Shown: positions 29,430-39,516, counted from the first letter of the stretch. The stretch: DNA of 64,000 bases from Bacilli bacterium (GCA_045119035.1 JBGVCU010000057.1:37238-101237); one strand, 5' to 3'. The notes: generated from the letters alone by a model not told the origin. Numbers and translations are program-made.

Positions 29430-31538
29430 ATGAAAAATATTTTTAGACTATTAGTTTTTGTATTAAGTATATTTTTATTAACATCATGTGTAATAGATGA
29501 TTTTTCAAAAAAAGAAGAATTAATTTCTTTTTTTAATAGTCATTCAACGGACATCACTTATGAAATACATAATGAAGGTGAGTCAGTAGAAGTTTTTGAA
29601 CTAAACATAAGACCAGATGCTATTTTGTTTGAAACATCAGATGAATTATTGGATCAAAATAAAATTATGTTTATGTATGATTACATAAATAATAATTTGT
29701 TTTATGATTTTGGTGAAAAAATAATTTATACAAAATTAAATAATTCAAACAATGTTTTTACTAAAAATACAAATATTAATAGATATATATATAATATATT
29801 AGAGGTTAAAGGAAATTTATTTTTCGATTTTAGTTTATATCACTATTTAAATGATAATAACATTGAAGTGGCTGATTTTATTTTAAGTGATTATTATGTA
29901 ACATTTAGTACGAAATTTAGTGATAATAAACTCGTTGAATTATCATATGAAATTGATGGAATTAAGGCAGTTATAAAAATTGGAGGATATATAAAAAACC
30001 CTAATGTAACGCCTGAGTCAACAGGATTTAAAGAAATTATGTTTCCGAGCATTAATGATTGTTTATTATTCACTGAAGAAGAACTTAAGACTCATTTAAA
30101 TTATGAAGCGAGTGGAGATATTGATAACTATGAATTAATTATTTCAGATCATGATTTTGAAGTTATAAATGGACAGGTTGTTGTTAAAAAGTGTAATGGA
30201 ATAATTTATGATAATACTAATTCTGTAACTCTTAGATCTATTGGTTTGAGGAATTTATATTATAATAAAGAAGATATTCTAGAGTCAGAAGATGGAAAAT
30301 TTAAAGTAAATATTGATTGTTTTGGAAAGACATTTTCAACTGAAATTCAAGCTACAGTAGTTCCTGATGAAGTGTTTAATCAATATAAGTTAATAATTTC
30401 TTCTCATAATTTTGAAATCTATAACTACAAATTGTATGGAAATACTCTTAGTGGATATATTTATGACACTGTAAATCAAACTAAAATTAAAGATATAACT
30501 ATAAATGATGTAAATTATAATGAATTTGAAGTATTTTTGGAACATGAAGATACATTTATTGTATCAACTAAATATTATGGCGCAACATTTACTGCAGAAA
30601 TAAAAGCAAATAAGATTAAGAATGCTGAATTTGAAACAGTTAAAAATATTTTAACGAAATTAACCTATGGATTTTCTATAGACAATAACATTTATTTATG
30701 TGACGAAAGATATCTATATAAATTTGATCCGAGAAGTAATGAGTTAATTGGCAAAATTGATTTACAATCTATTGGTAAATCACATTACGTAAAAGATGAT
30801 TTTTTATATATTACATCTTATGTGCCGTATGAAAATACTTATAGAGAAGATGATGAATTCGTTGGTTACATTACTAAAATTAAACTAACTGATTTTACAA
30901 TTGACAAACAAACAAAAGTAAATTGTTTTCCAAATTCAATAATAGTAGATAATAGAGATAATGTTTTAATTTCAAAAAGCGCAAATCAACAGGTTTATAT
31001 TGATGAAGTAGATATGGAAACTGGTAGCTTAACTCCTCTTATTGACTCTCATGCACACGATGTTTTACTATATGATTCGTATAATGATGTTTTATTAGTT
31101 ATACAATATGCTAGTGGACGCAGCAATGAATATTATATATATGATGGCATTAGTTGGAAATTAAGTGGATATAACTCACAAGAACATGATGTATTACTTT
31201 ATACATCAAATGAATTATTAATTTTTGATAATGGTATTTATCACTATGATATAGCAACTAACAACTACGTTTTTCATGAAATTATCTGTTCAAAAATAGC
31301 ATTGAACTATTACTTCAAACAACAATCTGCTACTATAGATAATGAATATGTTTATATACTAGAATACAGCAGCTTTAATCGTATTAACTCATTGATAGTA
31401 TATAATATTAATACAGATAATTTTAATAGATATTTTATTCCAATAGATAACCCAGTTAATTTTAAATTTATGTATATTGTGGATGATATAATTTACTGTA
31501 TTAGTGATAATGGTATTATATATAAAATTATAAGATAA
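29430..31538 (+). CDS. Lipoprotein, paralogue B (702 aa)
   Basis: Lipobox LLTSC; collinear with 26914-29277 (KEEL(M/I)SFF.SHS.D.TYE ... YGF(A/S)IDNNIY(I/L)C(N/D)ERYLY). Confidence 0.6.
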   Translation: MKNIFRLLVFVLSIFLLTSCVIDDFSKKEELISFFNSHSTDITYEIHNEGESVEVFELNIRPDAILFETSDELLDQNKIMFMYDYINNNLFYDFGEKIIYTKLNNSNNVFTKNTNINRYIYNILEVKGNLFFDFSLYHYLNDNNIEVADFILSDYYVTFSTKFSDNKLVELSYEIDGIKAVIKIGGYIKNPNVTPESTGFKEIMFPSINDCLLFTEEELKTHLNYEASGDIDNYELIISDHDFEVINGQVVVKKCNGIIYDNTNSVTLRSIGLRNLYYNKEDILESEDGKFKVNIDCFGKTFSTEIQATVVPDEVFNQYKLIISSHNFEIYNYKLYGNTLSGYIYDTVNQTKIKDITINDVNYNEFEVFLEHEDTFIVSTKYYGATFTAEIKANKIKNAEFETVKNILTKLTYGFSIDNNIYLCDERYLYKFDPRSNELIGKIDLQSIGKSHYVKDDFLYITSYVPYENTYREDDEFVGYITKIKLTDFTIDKQTKVNCFPNSIIVDNRDNVLISKSANQQVYIDEVDMETGSLTPLIDSHAHDVLLYDSYNDVLLVIQYASGRSNEYYIYDGISWKLSGYNSQEHDVLLYTSNELLIFDNGIYHYDIATNNYVFHEIICSKIALNYYFKQQSATIDNEYVYILEYSSFNRINSLIVYNINTDNFNRYFIPIDNPVNFKFMYIVDDIIYCISDNGIIYKIIR

Positions 31539-31544
31539 AAAATA

Positions 31545-31582
31545 AAAGTTTGGTTAATTTATTTATTAACCAAACTTTTTAT
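31545..31582 (+). terminator. Rho-independent terminator
   Basis: AAAGTTTGGTTAAT ... ATTAACCAAACTTT followed by a T-run. Confidence 0.55.
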
Positions 31583-31602
31583 TATTTATAAAATTAAAAT
31601 AT

Positions 31603-31616
31603 TGAAACCGATTTCA
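31603..31616 (+). promoter_or_regulatory. cre-like site TGAAACCGATTTCA (fits TGWAANCGNTNWCA)
   Basis: Exact fit to the CcpA cre consensus, about 45 bp upstream of the -10 of the 1284-aa lipoprotein gene. Confidence 0.4.
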
Positions 31617-31676
31617 TAAAAAAGAATAAAACGTTTGCAAAATATATGTAAATATGTTATAATATATTGTAAAAAA

Positions 31677-31690
31677 TTTAAACGTTTCAA
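31677..31690 (+). promoter_or_regulatory. Candidate operator TTTAAACGTTTCAA between the -10 and the RBS
   Basis: One mismatch from the perfect palindrome TTGAAACGTTTCAA found at 38021-38036; related site ATAAAACGTTTGCAA at 31626-31640. Confidence 0.35.
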
Positions 31691-31712
31691 TGTAAGGAGG
31701 AAAAAACGTTAT

Positions 31713-34700
31713 ATGAAAAAACTAACTAAATTTTTTGCATTATTACTTGCTGTTTTAGGATTAGTTTCTCTAGTTGCTTGTGGTGAAGAAAAACCAGAAC
31801 CACAACCTAAACCTGAACCAGTTTTACCTTATAATGCATTAGGTTCTTTCCATGATGGTGGGGACGCTATTTATGGATTTGTTTCTAACAGTGCGGAAGA
31901 ATTATCTTTTGTTTATGATAAAGCTGATGAAGCTTATGCATGGGCAAATATTTATACAGAAATTGATGCAAATGCATCATTAAAATCTTACAAAAAATTA
32001 GTAATCACTGCTCATGGTAGTGGTACTATGTTATTAAAATTAGAATGTATTGATGGAACTCCTGCAAAAGAAGTTAGCATTAATATTCAAGCTAGTTCTA
32101 CTACTTATGACTGGAACTTAATGAATGATGCAGATTTCTTAGATTCTGTTACAAAAATTGTAATTTTTGCAGCACCTGGTAAAGCAGAAGGTGTTGGTGA
32201 AATCCACATTACTAAACTTGCATTTGAAGAAGAAATTGCTGGACAAAGCGGTAACTTCATTATTCAAACTGGATACAATGATATTCCATCTAACGTTAAT
32301 GAATATAACGGTAAAGATGAAATCTTTGATTTCAATGCAAAATGGGAAAATGTAAACGATGAATGTTATGAAATTGAACAAGACGAAGAAACAAAAGAAG
32401 TTTCTGTTAAATATAACAAAACTGCTGGTATGGAATGGTCTTGTATGGCATCAAATGTTAAAGGTAACTTTGCTAAATTTAAATATGTAGTATTAGTTAT
32501 GAAAGGTACTGAAGGAAATTCTGTTTTAATTAAAGCAGAAGGTCAAGGTGTAGCTAAAGAAGTTAACTGCACATTAGACGGTTCAGTTCAAACATTTGTA
32601 TTAGATATTTCTACATATACAGATGCATTAAAATCTGCTATCGCTAAAATCGTATTATTCGGTCATCCAGGTGGTGAAGGTAAAGGTAACTTTACAATTT
32701 ATCAAGCTTATATGACTGAAGAAGCTCCAATTGAAGTAGAAGAAACTATCGTAAATGAATATGATGGTGTTTCTGAAACATTCGATATTTCTAATCATTG
32801 GTATGATGGTGGAGATGGTGTTTATACAACTTCTAAAGTTAATGATGGTGTAAAAGTTGATTATGCTAAAACTGCTGAATGGCAATTTGTTAGAGCTTAT
32901 GTAAGAAACGTAAGTGAATCATTTAACTGGGTTGTTGTTGAAGTTACTGGTGAAGCTGGTGCAACATTAATGTTAAAAGCAGCTAACGGTGTTGAAAAAA
33001 CATTCGAATTAACTGGTGGTAAAGATCAATTAGTACTTGATATTAGTGGTCTTGAAAATAAAGCTGGATTAAGCGAATTCATTATGTTCGGTCATCCAGG
33101 AAGCAAAGCTAATGGATCATTTGTTATCCATAGTGCTTATTATGCTGTTGAAGTTGAAGGTGTTGAACTTCCTTCTGTAAATGAATATACTCAATATCAA
33201 GAAGAATTTGATATTAACAAATACTGGGCTGATAATAATACTGGTACTTATACTGTAGATGGTACTACTATTTCTTGGAATAAACCAGCTGGTACTGAAT
33301 GGACTACATTCAAAACTGAAATTAAAGGATTAACTAATGAATTTGGTTACTTATACTTAGAAGTAAGAGGAACTCTAGGTCAACAAATTTTAGTTAAACC
33401 TAACGATAACGGTGCATATGAAAAATGGATCGATTTAGCTGAAGAAGCTAAAGGATATTATATTGCTATTCCTGAAGGAATGACAGTACTTCATATCTTT
33501 GGTGCTGCAGGTCTTGCAAACCTTCAAGGTGAAGTTGAAATTTTAGCTGCTAAATTAGTTAGAAGCACAAATGTATCAGAAGATGCTACATCTGTTAACT
33601 TAATGGATGCATTCTATGCAACTGCTGATCCAGTTTATGCTATTAGTGCAAACAAAATCGAATATGATAAAGCTAACTTCTCATGGGCATTCTTCAAAGC
33701 TTCATTTGTTGGTGCAACTGATGGATTCACACAAGTTAGATTCACAATTAAAGGTGAAGCTGGTGTTCAATTATTAGTTAAACCTAACGATAACGGTGCA
33801 TATGAACAATGGGTTGATTTAACAGGTGCAGAACAAACTGTTGTATTAAATAACTTACCTGAAAACTTAACTTCATTCTTAGTATTCGTTGCTCCAGGTG
33901 TTGAAAATATTTCTGGTACAATTGAAGTTTCTGAATTTGTTGCTGAAAAAGGTGTTCAAGTTGATGGTGAAGCATTAGACGTTGTTTATGAAGATAAATC
34001 AGATAATGGTTTCTACACTATTACTGAAGGAGCTACTGGTACTGTAGTTGATTATAATATTACATCTGGTGGATGGTTCTACTTCTTAATGACACCTAGT
34101 CAAGGTGCTATTGAAGATGTTGAAAAAGTTTCATTTGTATTAGATGGACATATTCAAATCTTAATTAAACCAAATGATGATGGTGCTTTAGAACAATGGG
34201 TTACTTTAGATGGTGAACAATTAGTTGAAGTAGCTATTAACGGAACTTTAACAAAAATCTTAATTTTCGTTAACCCTAACAATGTTTGTCAAGGTACTTT
34301 AACTGTTAAACAATTAAATCATACTGTTTCTGCTGCTACAGAAAATATTTATATCAATGGTAATACATTTGATGTTAACCACTTCTGGGCATCAGGTGAC
34401 CAAGGTGAATATACATTTACTGAAGAAGGAACAAAAACAGTTGTAAATTATCATACAACTGGTGCATGGAAATTCTTCTCTAATCCAATTAGTGGTGTAA
34501 CTAATCAATTCAATCATTTAAAAGTTACATTAGTAAGTGATAAAGATGTTTTAGTTACATTAAAACCAAATGATAATGGAGCATATGAAAAACACATTCA
34601 TTTAGTTGCTGGTGAACAAGTTACTTACTATTTACCAATTCCTGAAAATATGACTAAAATTGTTGGATTTATCGCCGGTGATCAAGAAGGTGCAACTGGT

Positions 34701-35489
34701 GTTGTTGAATTTGTTGAAATGACTTTAGCTAATGTTCAAAATTCAAATAACGAATTTGCTGGTGCGTTCAAAGATTGTGGTGATGGTGTTTATACTGTAA
34801 CTGCTAACGAAAATGGTGCTGTTGTTGCATACAACAAAACTGGACAAGAATGGGCTGCAATGTATGTTGATTTAGTTCCTGTAACTACTGCTGATCATGA
34901 ATTAAAATTAGTTGTTAAAGGTGAAGCTGGTGTTCAAATTTTAGTTAAATTAAATAACTCAATTGAAACTTGGTATACAATGACTGGTGCAGATGATACA
35001 TTCGTTGTTACTAATGTTCCTGCTGTATTATCTCAAGTACATATCTTCATCGCTGGTGGAGTTGCAACTGCTAGTGGATCAATTAACTTAAGTATTGTTA
35101 CTAATGAAAAAGAAGTTGACACTACTCCAGTTACTTACTCAATCGTTGATAACGGTCAAAGTGTTTATACATTTGAAGGTGATATCAATAGCGGTAATGT
35201 AGTTGTATCATATGTTAAAAATGATGCATATAATGCTGCAAAAATCGTTCCTAGTAAAGCTGTTCAAGTAACTTCAATCAAAGTTGTTGTAAAAGGTGAA
35301 GGTGAATTAATTGTTAAACCTAACGACAATTGGCAATATGAAAAGAACTTAGTATTAACTCAAGAAGGTACAGTTTATGAATGGACATTCGATACTCCTG
35401 TTGATTTAACAAACATTATGCTTATGGTTGCTCCAGGAAATGTTGAAGCTCAAGGTTCATTTACAATTGTTTCTTTTGAAGCTAAATAA
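31713..35489 (+). CDS. Large repetitive surface lipoprotein (about 9 tandem ~135-aa beta-sandwich-like modules; putative glycan-binding)
   Basis: ATG after TAAGGAGG (the tool's 31635 start lacks an RBS). Lipobox LVAC. Recurring (V/I)KPNDNGAYE(K/Q)W(I/V)DL, GEAGVQ(L/I)LVK and FGHPG modules. GGT/GCT/GTT/GAA-rich optimal-looking codons. Confidence 0.65.
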   Translation: MKKLTKFFALLLAVLGLVSLVACGEEKPEPQPKPEPVLPYNALGSFHDGGDAIYGFVSNSAEELSFVYDKADEAYAWANIYTEIDANASLKSYKKLVITAHGSGTMLLKLECIDGTPAKEVSINIQASSTTYDWNLMNDADFLDSVTKIVIFAAPGKAEGVGEIHITKLAFEEEIAGQSGNFIIQTGYNDIPSNVNEYNGKDEIFDFNAKWENVNDECYEIEQDEETKEVSVKYNKTAGMEWSCMASNVKGNFAKFKYVVLVMKGTEGNSVLIKAEGQGVAKEVNCTLDGSVQTFVLDISTYTDALKSAIAKIVLFGHPGGEGKGNFTIYQAYMTEEAPIEVEETIVNEYDGVSETFDISNHWYDGGDGVYTTSKVNDGVKVDYAKTAEWQFVRAYVRNVSESFNWVVVEVTGEAGATLMLKAANGVEKTFELTGGKDQLVLDISGLENKAGLSEFIMFGHPGSKANGSFVIHSAYYAVEVEGVELPSVNEYTQYQEEFDINKYWADNNTGTYTVDGTTISWNKPAGTEWTTFKTEIKGLTNEFGYLYLEVRGTLGQQILVKPNDNGAYEKWIDLAEEAKGYYIAIPEGMTVLHIFGAAGLANLQGEVEILAAKLVRSTNVSEDATSVNLMDAFYATADPVYAISANKIEYDKANFSWAFFKASFVGATDGFTQVRFTIKGEAGVQLLVKPNDNGAYEQWVDLTGAEQTVVLNNLPENLTSFLVFVAPGVENISGTIEVSEFVAEKGVQVDGEALDVVYEDKSDNGFYTITEGATGTVVDYNITSGGWFYFLMTPSQGAIEDVEKVSFVLDGHIQILIKPNDDGALEQWVTLDGEQLVEVAINGTLTKILIFVNPNNVCQGTLTVKQLNHTVSAATENIYINGNTFDVNHFWASGDQGEYTFTEEGTKTVVNYHTTGAWKFFSNPISGVTNQFNHLKVTLVSDKDVLVTLKPNDNGAYEKHIHLVAGEQVTYYLPIPENMTKIVGFIAGDQEGATGVVEFVEMTLANVQNSNNEFAGAFKDCGDGVYTVTANENGAVVAYNKTGQEWAAMYVDLVPVTTADHELKLVVKGEAGVQILVKLNNSIETWYTMTGADDTFVVTNVPAVLSQVHIFIAGGVATASGSINLSIVTNEKEVDTTPVTYSIVDNGQSVYTFEGDINSGNVVVSYVKNDAYNAAKIVPSKAVQVTSIKVVVKGEGELIVKPNDNWQYEKNLVLTQEGTVYEWTFDTPVDLTNIMLMVAPGNVEAQGSFTIVSFEAK

Positions 35490-35505
35490 TTAAAATTATA
35501 ATTAA

Positions 35506-35538
35506 TATGTGCACAAAATTTTTGTGCACATATTTTAT
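35506..35538 (+). terminator. Rho-independent terminator
   Basis: ATGTGCACAAAA-TT-TTTGTGCACAT followed by a T-run. Confidence 0.6.
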
Positions 35539-35634
35539 TTATTTTTCATTTAATTAAACATAAAATAAAAGTTTAAATCGTTTACATATATATAAAAATA
35601 TGGTATAATAATAAGAGTATGTTTATAGAAATAG

Positions 35635-36900
35635 GTGATTATTATGATCGATAAATTATTGCAAGAAGAAGCTTACTTATCATATAAATTTTTAATTGAT
35701 AATACTAATTTTGAAGAAAATCATCCTGGTGCTGGTTTAACAATTGATAGATCATCAAGAGATGATATGGCTACAATTGCTGCTAGTGGATTTATGCTAT
35801 CAGGACTTGTTATTGGTGTAGAACGTGGTTGGGATACATATGAAACTAACTTACAAAGAGCATATGTTACACTTAAAAACTTTAACGATAACATTCCAAA
35901 CTTCTTAGGTATGTTTGTACATTACGCAGATCCAAAAACAGGAAAAAGATATAAAAAATGTGAATACTCAACAATTGATACTGCACTATTTTTAAATGGT
36001 ATGATTACAGTTGACTCTTATTTTAAAGAGGAAAAAATCCATGAGCTAGTGTTAAGTATCTATGGAAGAATTGATTGGAACATTTTTACTTTTAAACGTA
36101 GAGGTCACTTACAATTTAGAATGGCTTACAACGATATTACTGGTGGAGATTACCTTGATAAAAATGAACATGGTTGGATTTATCATTGGAGTATGATTGC
36201 TGAACAACTATCTATGTATTTACTTGCAGCAGGATCAAAAGATATTACTAATGATGATGCTTTAAGACTATTTATGGGGTTTGATAGATATTCAGGTGGA
36301 TACAATGGGCATAACTATTTATATTCACCAATGGGGTCTTTATTTGTTTATCAATATTCTCATGCATGGTTTGATTTTAATAAATATTTAGATACAAAAG
36401 GATTTGACTGGTATAAAAATACTCAAGAAGCAATTGTTGCCAATTATGAATATTGTCGTGACAATCAACACCGTTTTAAAACATTTAAAGATGCTTGGGG
36501 GCTTTCAGCTTGCGATGGACCTAAAGGATATGTATCATATGGTCATCCACCTTTTGGTTGGGAAGATGAATTAAATCACCCAGATTTAATTGAAAGAACT
36601 GATGGAACTATTGCTATATATTCGTTACTATCTTCTTTACCATTTCATCCTGAACTAGTAAAAAATACAGTCAAAAATATATATGAAAAATATCCAACAT
36701 TATTCAGAGAATATGGATTTGTTGATAGTTTCAATAATGAAAATGGATTATGGGTTGGGGAAGATTATCTAGGTATTGATAAAGGTATTACTTTACTTAT
36801 GATAGATAACTATTACCATGGTACAACTTGGAAATATTACGTTGAAAATGAAATTATTAAGAGGGGACTACAAAAACTTCAGTTTCAAAGAAAGGAGTAA
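35635..36900 (+). CDS. Cytoplasmic (alpha/alpha)6-barrel glycoside-hydrolase-like protein (GH144-like endo-beta-glucanase candidate)
   Basis: No signal peptide. Paralogous to lipoprotein 50730-52106, with a shared GIDKGI(T/S)(L/V)LMI(D/E)NY end block and central W-rich helices. Family call is tentative. Confidence 0.5.
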   Translation: MIIMIDKLLQEEAYLSYKFLIDNTNFEENHPGAGLTIDRSSRDDMATIAASGFMLSGLVIGVERGWDTYETNLQRAYVTLKNFNDNIPNFLGMFVHYADPKTGKRYKKCEYSTIDTALFLNGMITVDSYFKEEKIHELVLSIYGRIDWNIFTFKRRGHLQFRMAYNDITGGDYLDKNEHGWIYHWSMIAEQLSMYLLAAGSKDITNDDALRLFMGFDRYSGGYNGHNYLYSPMGSLFVYQYSHAWFDFNKYLDTKGFDWYKNTQEAIVANYEYCRDNQHRFKTFKDAWGLSACDGPKGYVSYGHPPFGWEDELNHPDLIERTDGTIAIYSLLSSLPFHPELVKNTVKNIYEKYPTLFREYGFVDSFNNENGLWVGEDYLGIDKGITLLMIDNYYHGTTWKYYVENEIIKRGLQKLQFQRKE

Positions 36901-36903
36901 TAA

Positions 36904-37872
36904 GTGGTTACAATAAAAGATGTTGCAAAAGCTGCAGGAGTTTCTATTGCTACTGTATCATATGTATTAAACAATGATCCAAGAATAAAAAAAGAAACTG
37001 CTGAGAAAGTTTTGAAAGTTAGCAATGAGTTAAATTATGTTGCTAATGGCTCTGCAAAAATTTTAAAAACAAAAACAACAAACATTGTATTAACGGTTAT
37101 TCCTGAATTTGGAGGTCCAGTTCATGCGGAAATAATCGCTAATATTCATAAAACATTAAAAGAGCGAAATTATCAAATGTTAGTATGTGCTGGAGATATT
37201 GCTGAAGATATTTTATCTAGACAACTAACTGATGGAGTAATTGTATTAGATCCAAAAGTTAATCCTGAAATATTAAAAAAACTTGCTAAAACAAAAATAA
37301 AAGTTTTAGATACAAGAAAAATTTATAATTCAGACGATAATGTATATGTAAACCGTATAGATAGTTTTACTCCTTCAAAAGAACTTACAAAAATTGTTAT
37401 TAATGAAGGATATAAAAAAATTGGTTTCATGCATGGTAATTTAGAATCTCCAGATAACATCAAAAGATTTAACGGATTTAGTGAAGCCTTAGAAGAATCA
37501 AATATTACTCCGAATTGTATTTTGTATGGTAATTTTACTGAGGATGATGGATATAAGGCAATTAAAGAATATGTAGAAAACGGGAATATCTTACCTGAAG
37601 TATTATTCTGCTCAAATGATGAAATGGCAATAGGTGTTATTAATTATTTGAAAAATGCTGGATATAATTTGCCTAAAGATATAAAAATAATTGGATTTGA
37701 TAATATTAAAGCTGGTTTATATACTAATCCAACTCTTTCTACAATTGATATTAACTCAGTTGATTGGGCGAGAAATCTTGCTAATATTATGATTGATTTA
37801 ATTGAAAATAAAGATATAAATCTTAATAAATATATTCTAAAATATAAAATAATTAGAAGAGAATCTTTCTAA
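36904..37872 (+). CDS. LacI-family transcriptional regulator
   Basis: GTG start after AAGGAG. N-terminal HTH MVTIKDVAKAAGVSIATVSYVLNN. Periplasmic-binding-fold C-terminal domain. Confidence 0.85.
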   Translation: MVTIKDVAKAAGVSIATVSYVLNNDPRIKKETAEKVLKVSNELNYVANGSAKILKTKTTNIVLTVIPEFGGPVHAEIIANIHKTLKERNYQMLVCAGDIAEDILSRQLTDGVIVLDPKVNPEILKKLAKTKIKVLDTRKIYNSDDNVYVNRIDSFTPSKELTKIVINEGYKKIGFMHGNLESPDNIKRFNGFSEALEESNITPNCILYGNFTEDDGYKAIKEYVENGNILPEVLFCSNDEMAIGVINYLKNAGYNLPKDIKIIGFDNIKAGLYTNPTLSTIDINSVDWARNLANIMIDLIENKDINLNKYILKYKIIRRESF

Positions 37873-37905
37873 AAGAGACACAGTAAAAATGTGTTTCTTT
37901 TTTGT
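37873..37905 (+). terminator. Rho-independent terminator
   Basis: GAGACACA-GTAAAAA-TGTGTTTC (one G-U pair) followed by TTTTTT. Confidence 0.5.
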
Positions 37906-37919
37906 TTTCCGTAAAAATG

Positions 37920-37945
37920 TTACATATATATTTATATATATGTAA
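37920..37945 (+). promoter_or_regulatory. 12-2-12 inverted repeat TTACATATATAT-TT-ATATATATGTAA upstream of the SBP promoter
   Basis: Perfect arms; followed by AAAACGTTTGCA and the TGTATAAT -10. Confidence 0.3.
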
Positions 37946-38020
37946 AACGTTTGCATTTTCATCCAAAAAAGTGTATAATTATATACGTAAAAAGAGACGT
38001 AAATAAAAATGACGATTGAA

Positions 38021-38036
38021 TTTGAAACGTTTCAAA
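38021..38036 (+). promoter_or_regulatory. Perfect 16-bp palindrome TTTGAAACGTTTCAAA between the -10 and the RBS of the SBP gene; candidate LacI-family operator
   Basis: Perfect dyad centred on CG, 15 bp upstream of ATG 38051. Confidence 0.45.
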
Positions 38037-38050
38037 ATAGGAGGACAAAA

Positions 38051-39502
38051 ATGAAAAAAATTATGCTATTTTTAGCTACTGCAATTTTAACTTTCGTTTT
38101 AGTTAGTTGTGGTAATCCAGGCGATACTCCAGGTACTGGTGATGGAGAAAAAGATATCGTATTAACTTACGCTGCATGGAACTTAGGATCTGCTGATTCT
38201 GACACTCCAAATATGGAAAGATTAATGTTAGAAGAATTTGAAAAAGCACATCCTGGTATTAAAGTAGAAGTTGTTGAACGTCCAAAAGTTCCCGGAACTG
38301 ATGGAGATCAAGCATGGAATGAATTCTTAGGAGCAAAAGCTTCTGTAGGACAATTACCAGACGTATTCATGGCTGATAACATTCCTTACTATGTAATCAA
38401 TGACTGGGCTTATAATTTATCAACAATTGCTAATGCAGATGCTGAATATAAAAATATTTCAACTGATATTACAGGAGCTGCAACATATGAAGGTAAAGTA
38501 ATGGCATTACCAAGCGCTGTTCACTATATGGGTTATGTAGTTAACAAATCTTTATATGAAACTAAAAACTTAGATGCTCCAACTGTTGAATCAACTATGG
38601 AAGAAGTTTTAAGTTTAACTAAACAAGCTGCTGACCATGGTAGTACAACTCAACAAGGTGTTGTTGGATTCGAAGGTATTGAACATATTTTACACTGGTA
38701 TCCAGCTCAATTAAATGAAGATTATGGATGGTTTACATTTGATGGTGAAAAATTTAATTTAGATAGTGCTGAATTCCAAACAGCAGTAGAATTATATCGT
38801 GAATTAAAACAATCTCCTGACTATGTATTAGAAGCATTACAATATGTTTCTGATCAAGAAGGATCAAATGTTGTTTTAGAACAAATTTTCCCTAATTTAG
38901 ATTACTTTAACAGTAATGCAATTTTATGTAAATGGTTCTATACATATGATTTTGGTTGGATGCAACAAAAAATTGACAGCGGTGAATACTATTGGGATTT
39001 AGATTTCATTGGTACTCCAGTTGTTAACGGTGTTAAAAAAGTTCCATCAGTAATTGACTTCTTAACAATCGCAAAGACTAGTGAACATCCTCAAGAAGCT
39101 TATGAACTTGCAAAATGGATGGGATTTGGAAAAGAAGGTTACTTAAAGAGAATAGAATTATCAAACGAAGTTGAAGGTATTTCATTAGTAAACTTTGCAC
39201 CAATTCAAAATGATGCAGATTTAATGGATGAATATTTCGGTATCTACCCATCATTCACAGGATTAAGATCAATTATCGAAGCAGGTAACTTTGTAGTTGA
39301 ACCTCCAAAATTCCAAGTTGGATATGATAAAGTTCGTTATAACGGAAATTATAATGAAGACAACAAAATGGGTGATATTATTAACCAATTAATGGGTGGA
39401 GAAGTGTTAATCGCTGATATCAAAGATGCACTTAACGGTAGAGCAAACGCTATCTATCAAGCAGAATATGCAACTTTCTACTCTGAATTAGAAAAAAGAT
39501 AA
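38051..39502 (+). CDS. Sugar ABC transporter substrate-binding lipoprotein (family 1 / CUT1-like)
   Basis: ATG after AGGAGG. Lipobox LVSC plus a Gly/Asp/Thr-rich linker. Family-1 SBP blocks. Optimal-looking codon usage. Confidence 0.8.
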   Translation: MKKIMLFLATAILTFVLVSCGNPGDTPGTGDGEKDIVLTYAAWNLGSADSDTPNMERLMLEEFEKAHPGIKVEVVERPKVPGTDGDQAWNEFLGAKASVGQLPDVFMADNIPYYVINDWAYNLSTIANADAEYKNISTDITGAATYEGKVMALPSAVHYMGYVVNKSLYETKNLDAPTVESTMEEVLSLTKQAADHGSTTQQGVVGFEGIEHILHWYPAQLNEDYGWFTFDGEKFNLDSAEFQTAVELYRELKQSPDYVLEALQYVSDQEGSNVVLEQIFPNLDYFNSNAILCKWFYTYDFGWMQQKIDSGEYYWDLDFIGTPVVNGVKKVPSVIDFLTIAKTSEHPQEAYELAKWMGFGKEGYLKRIELSNEVEGISLVNFAPIQNDADLMDEYFGIYPSFTGLRSIIEAGNFVVEPPKFQVGYDKVRYNGNYNEDNKMGDIINQLMGGEVLIADIKDALNGRANAIYQAEYATFYSELEKR

Positions 39503-39516
39503 TTTATAAATAATTT

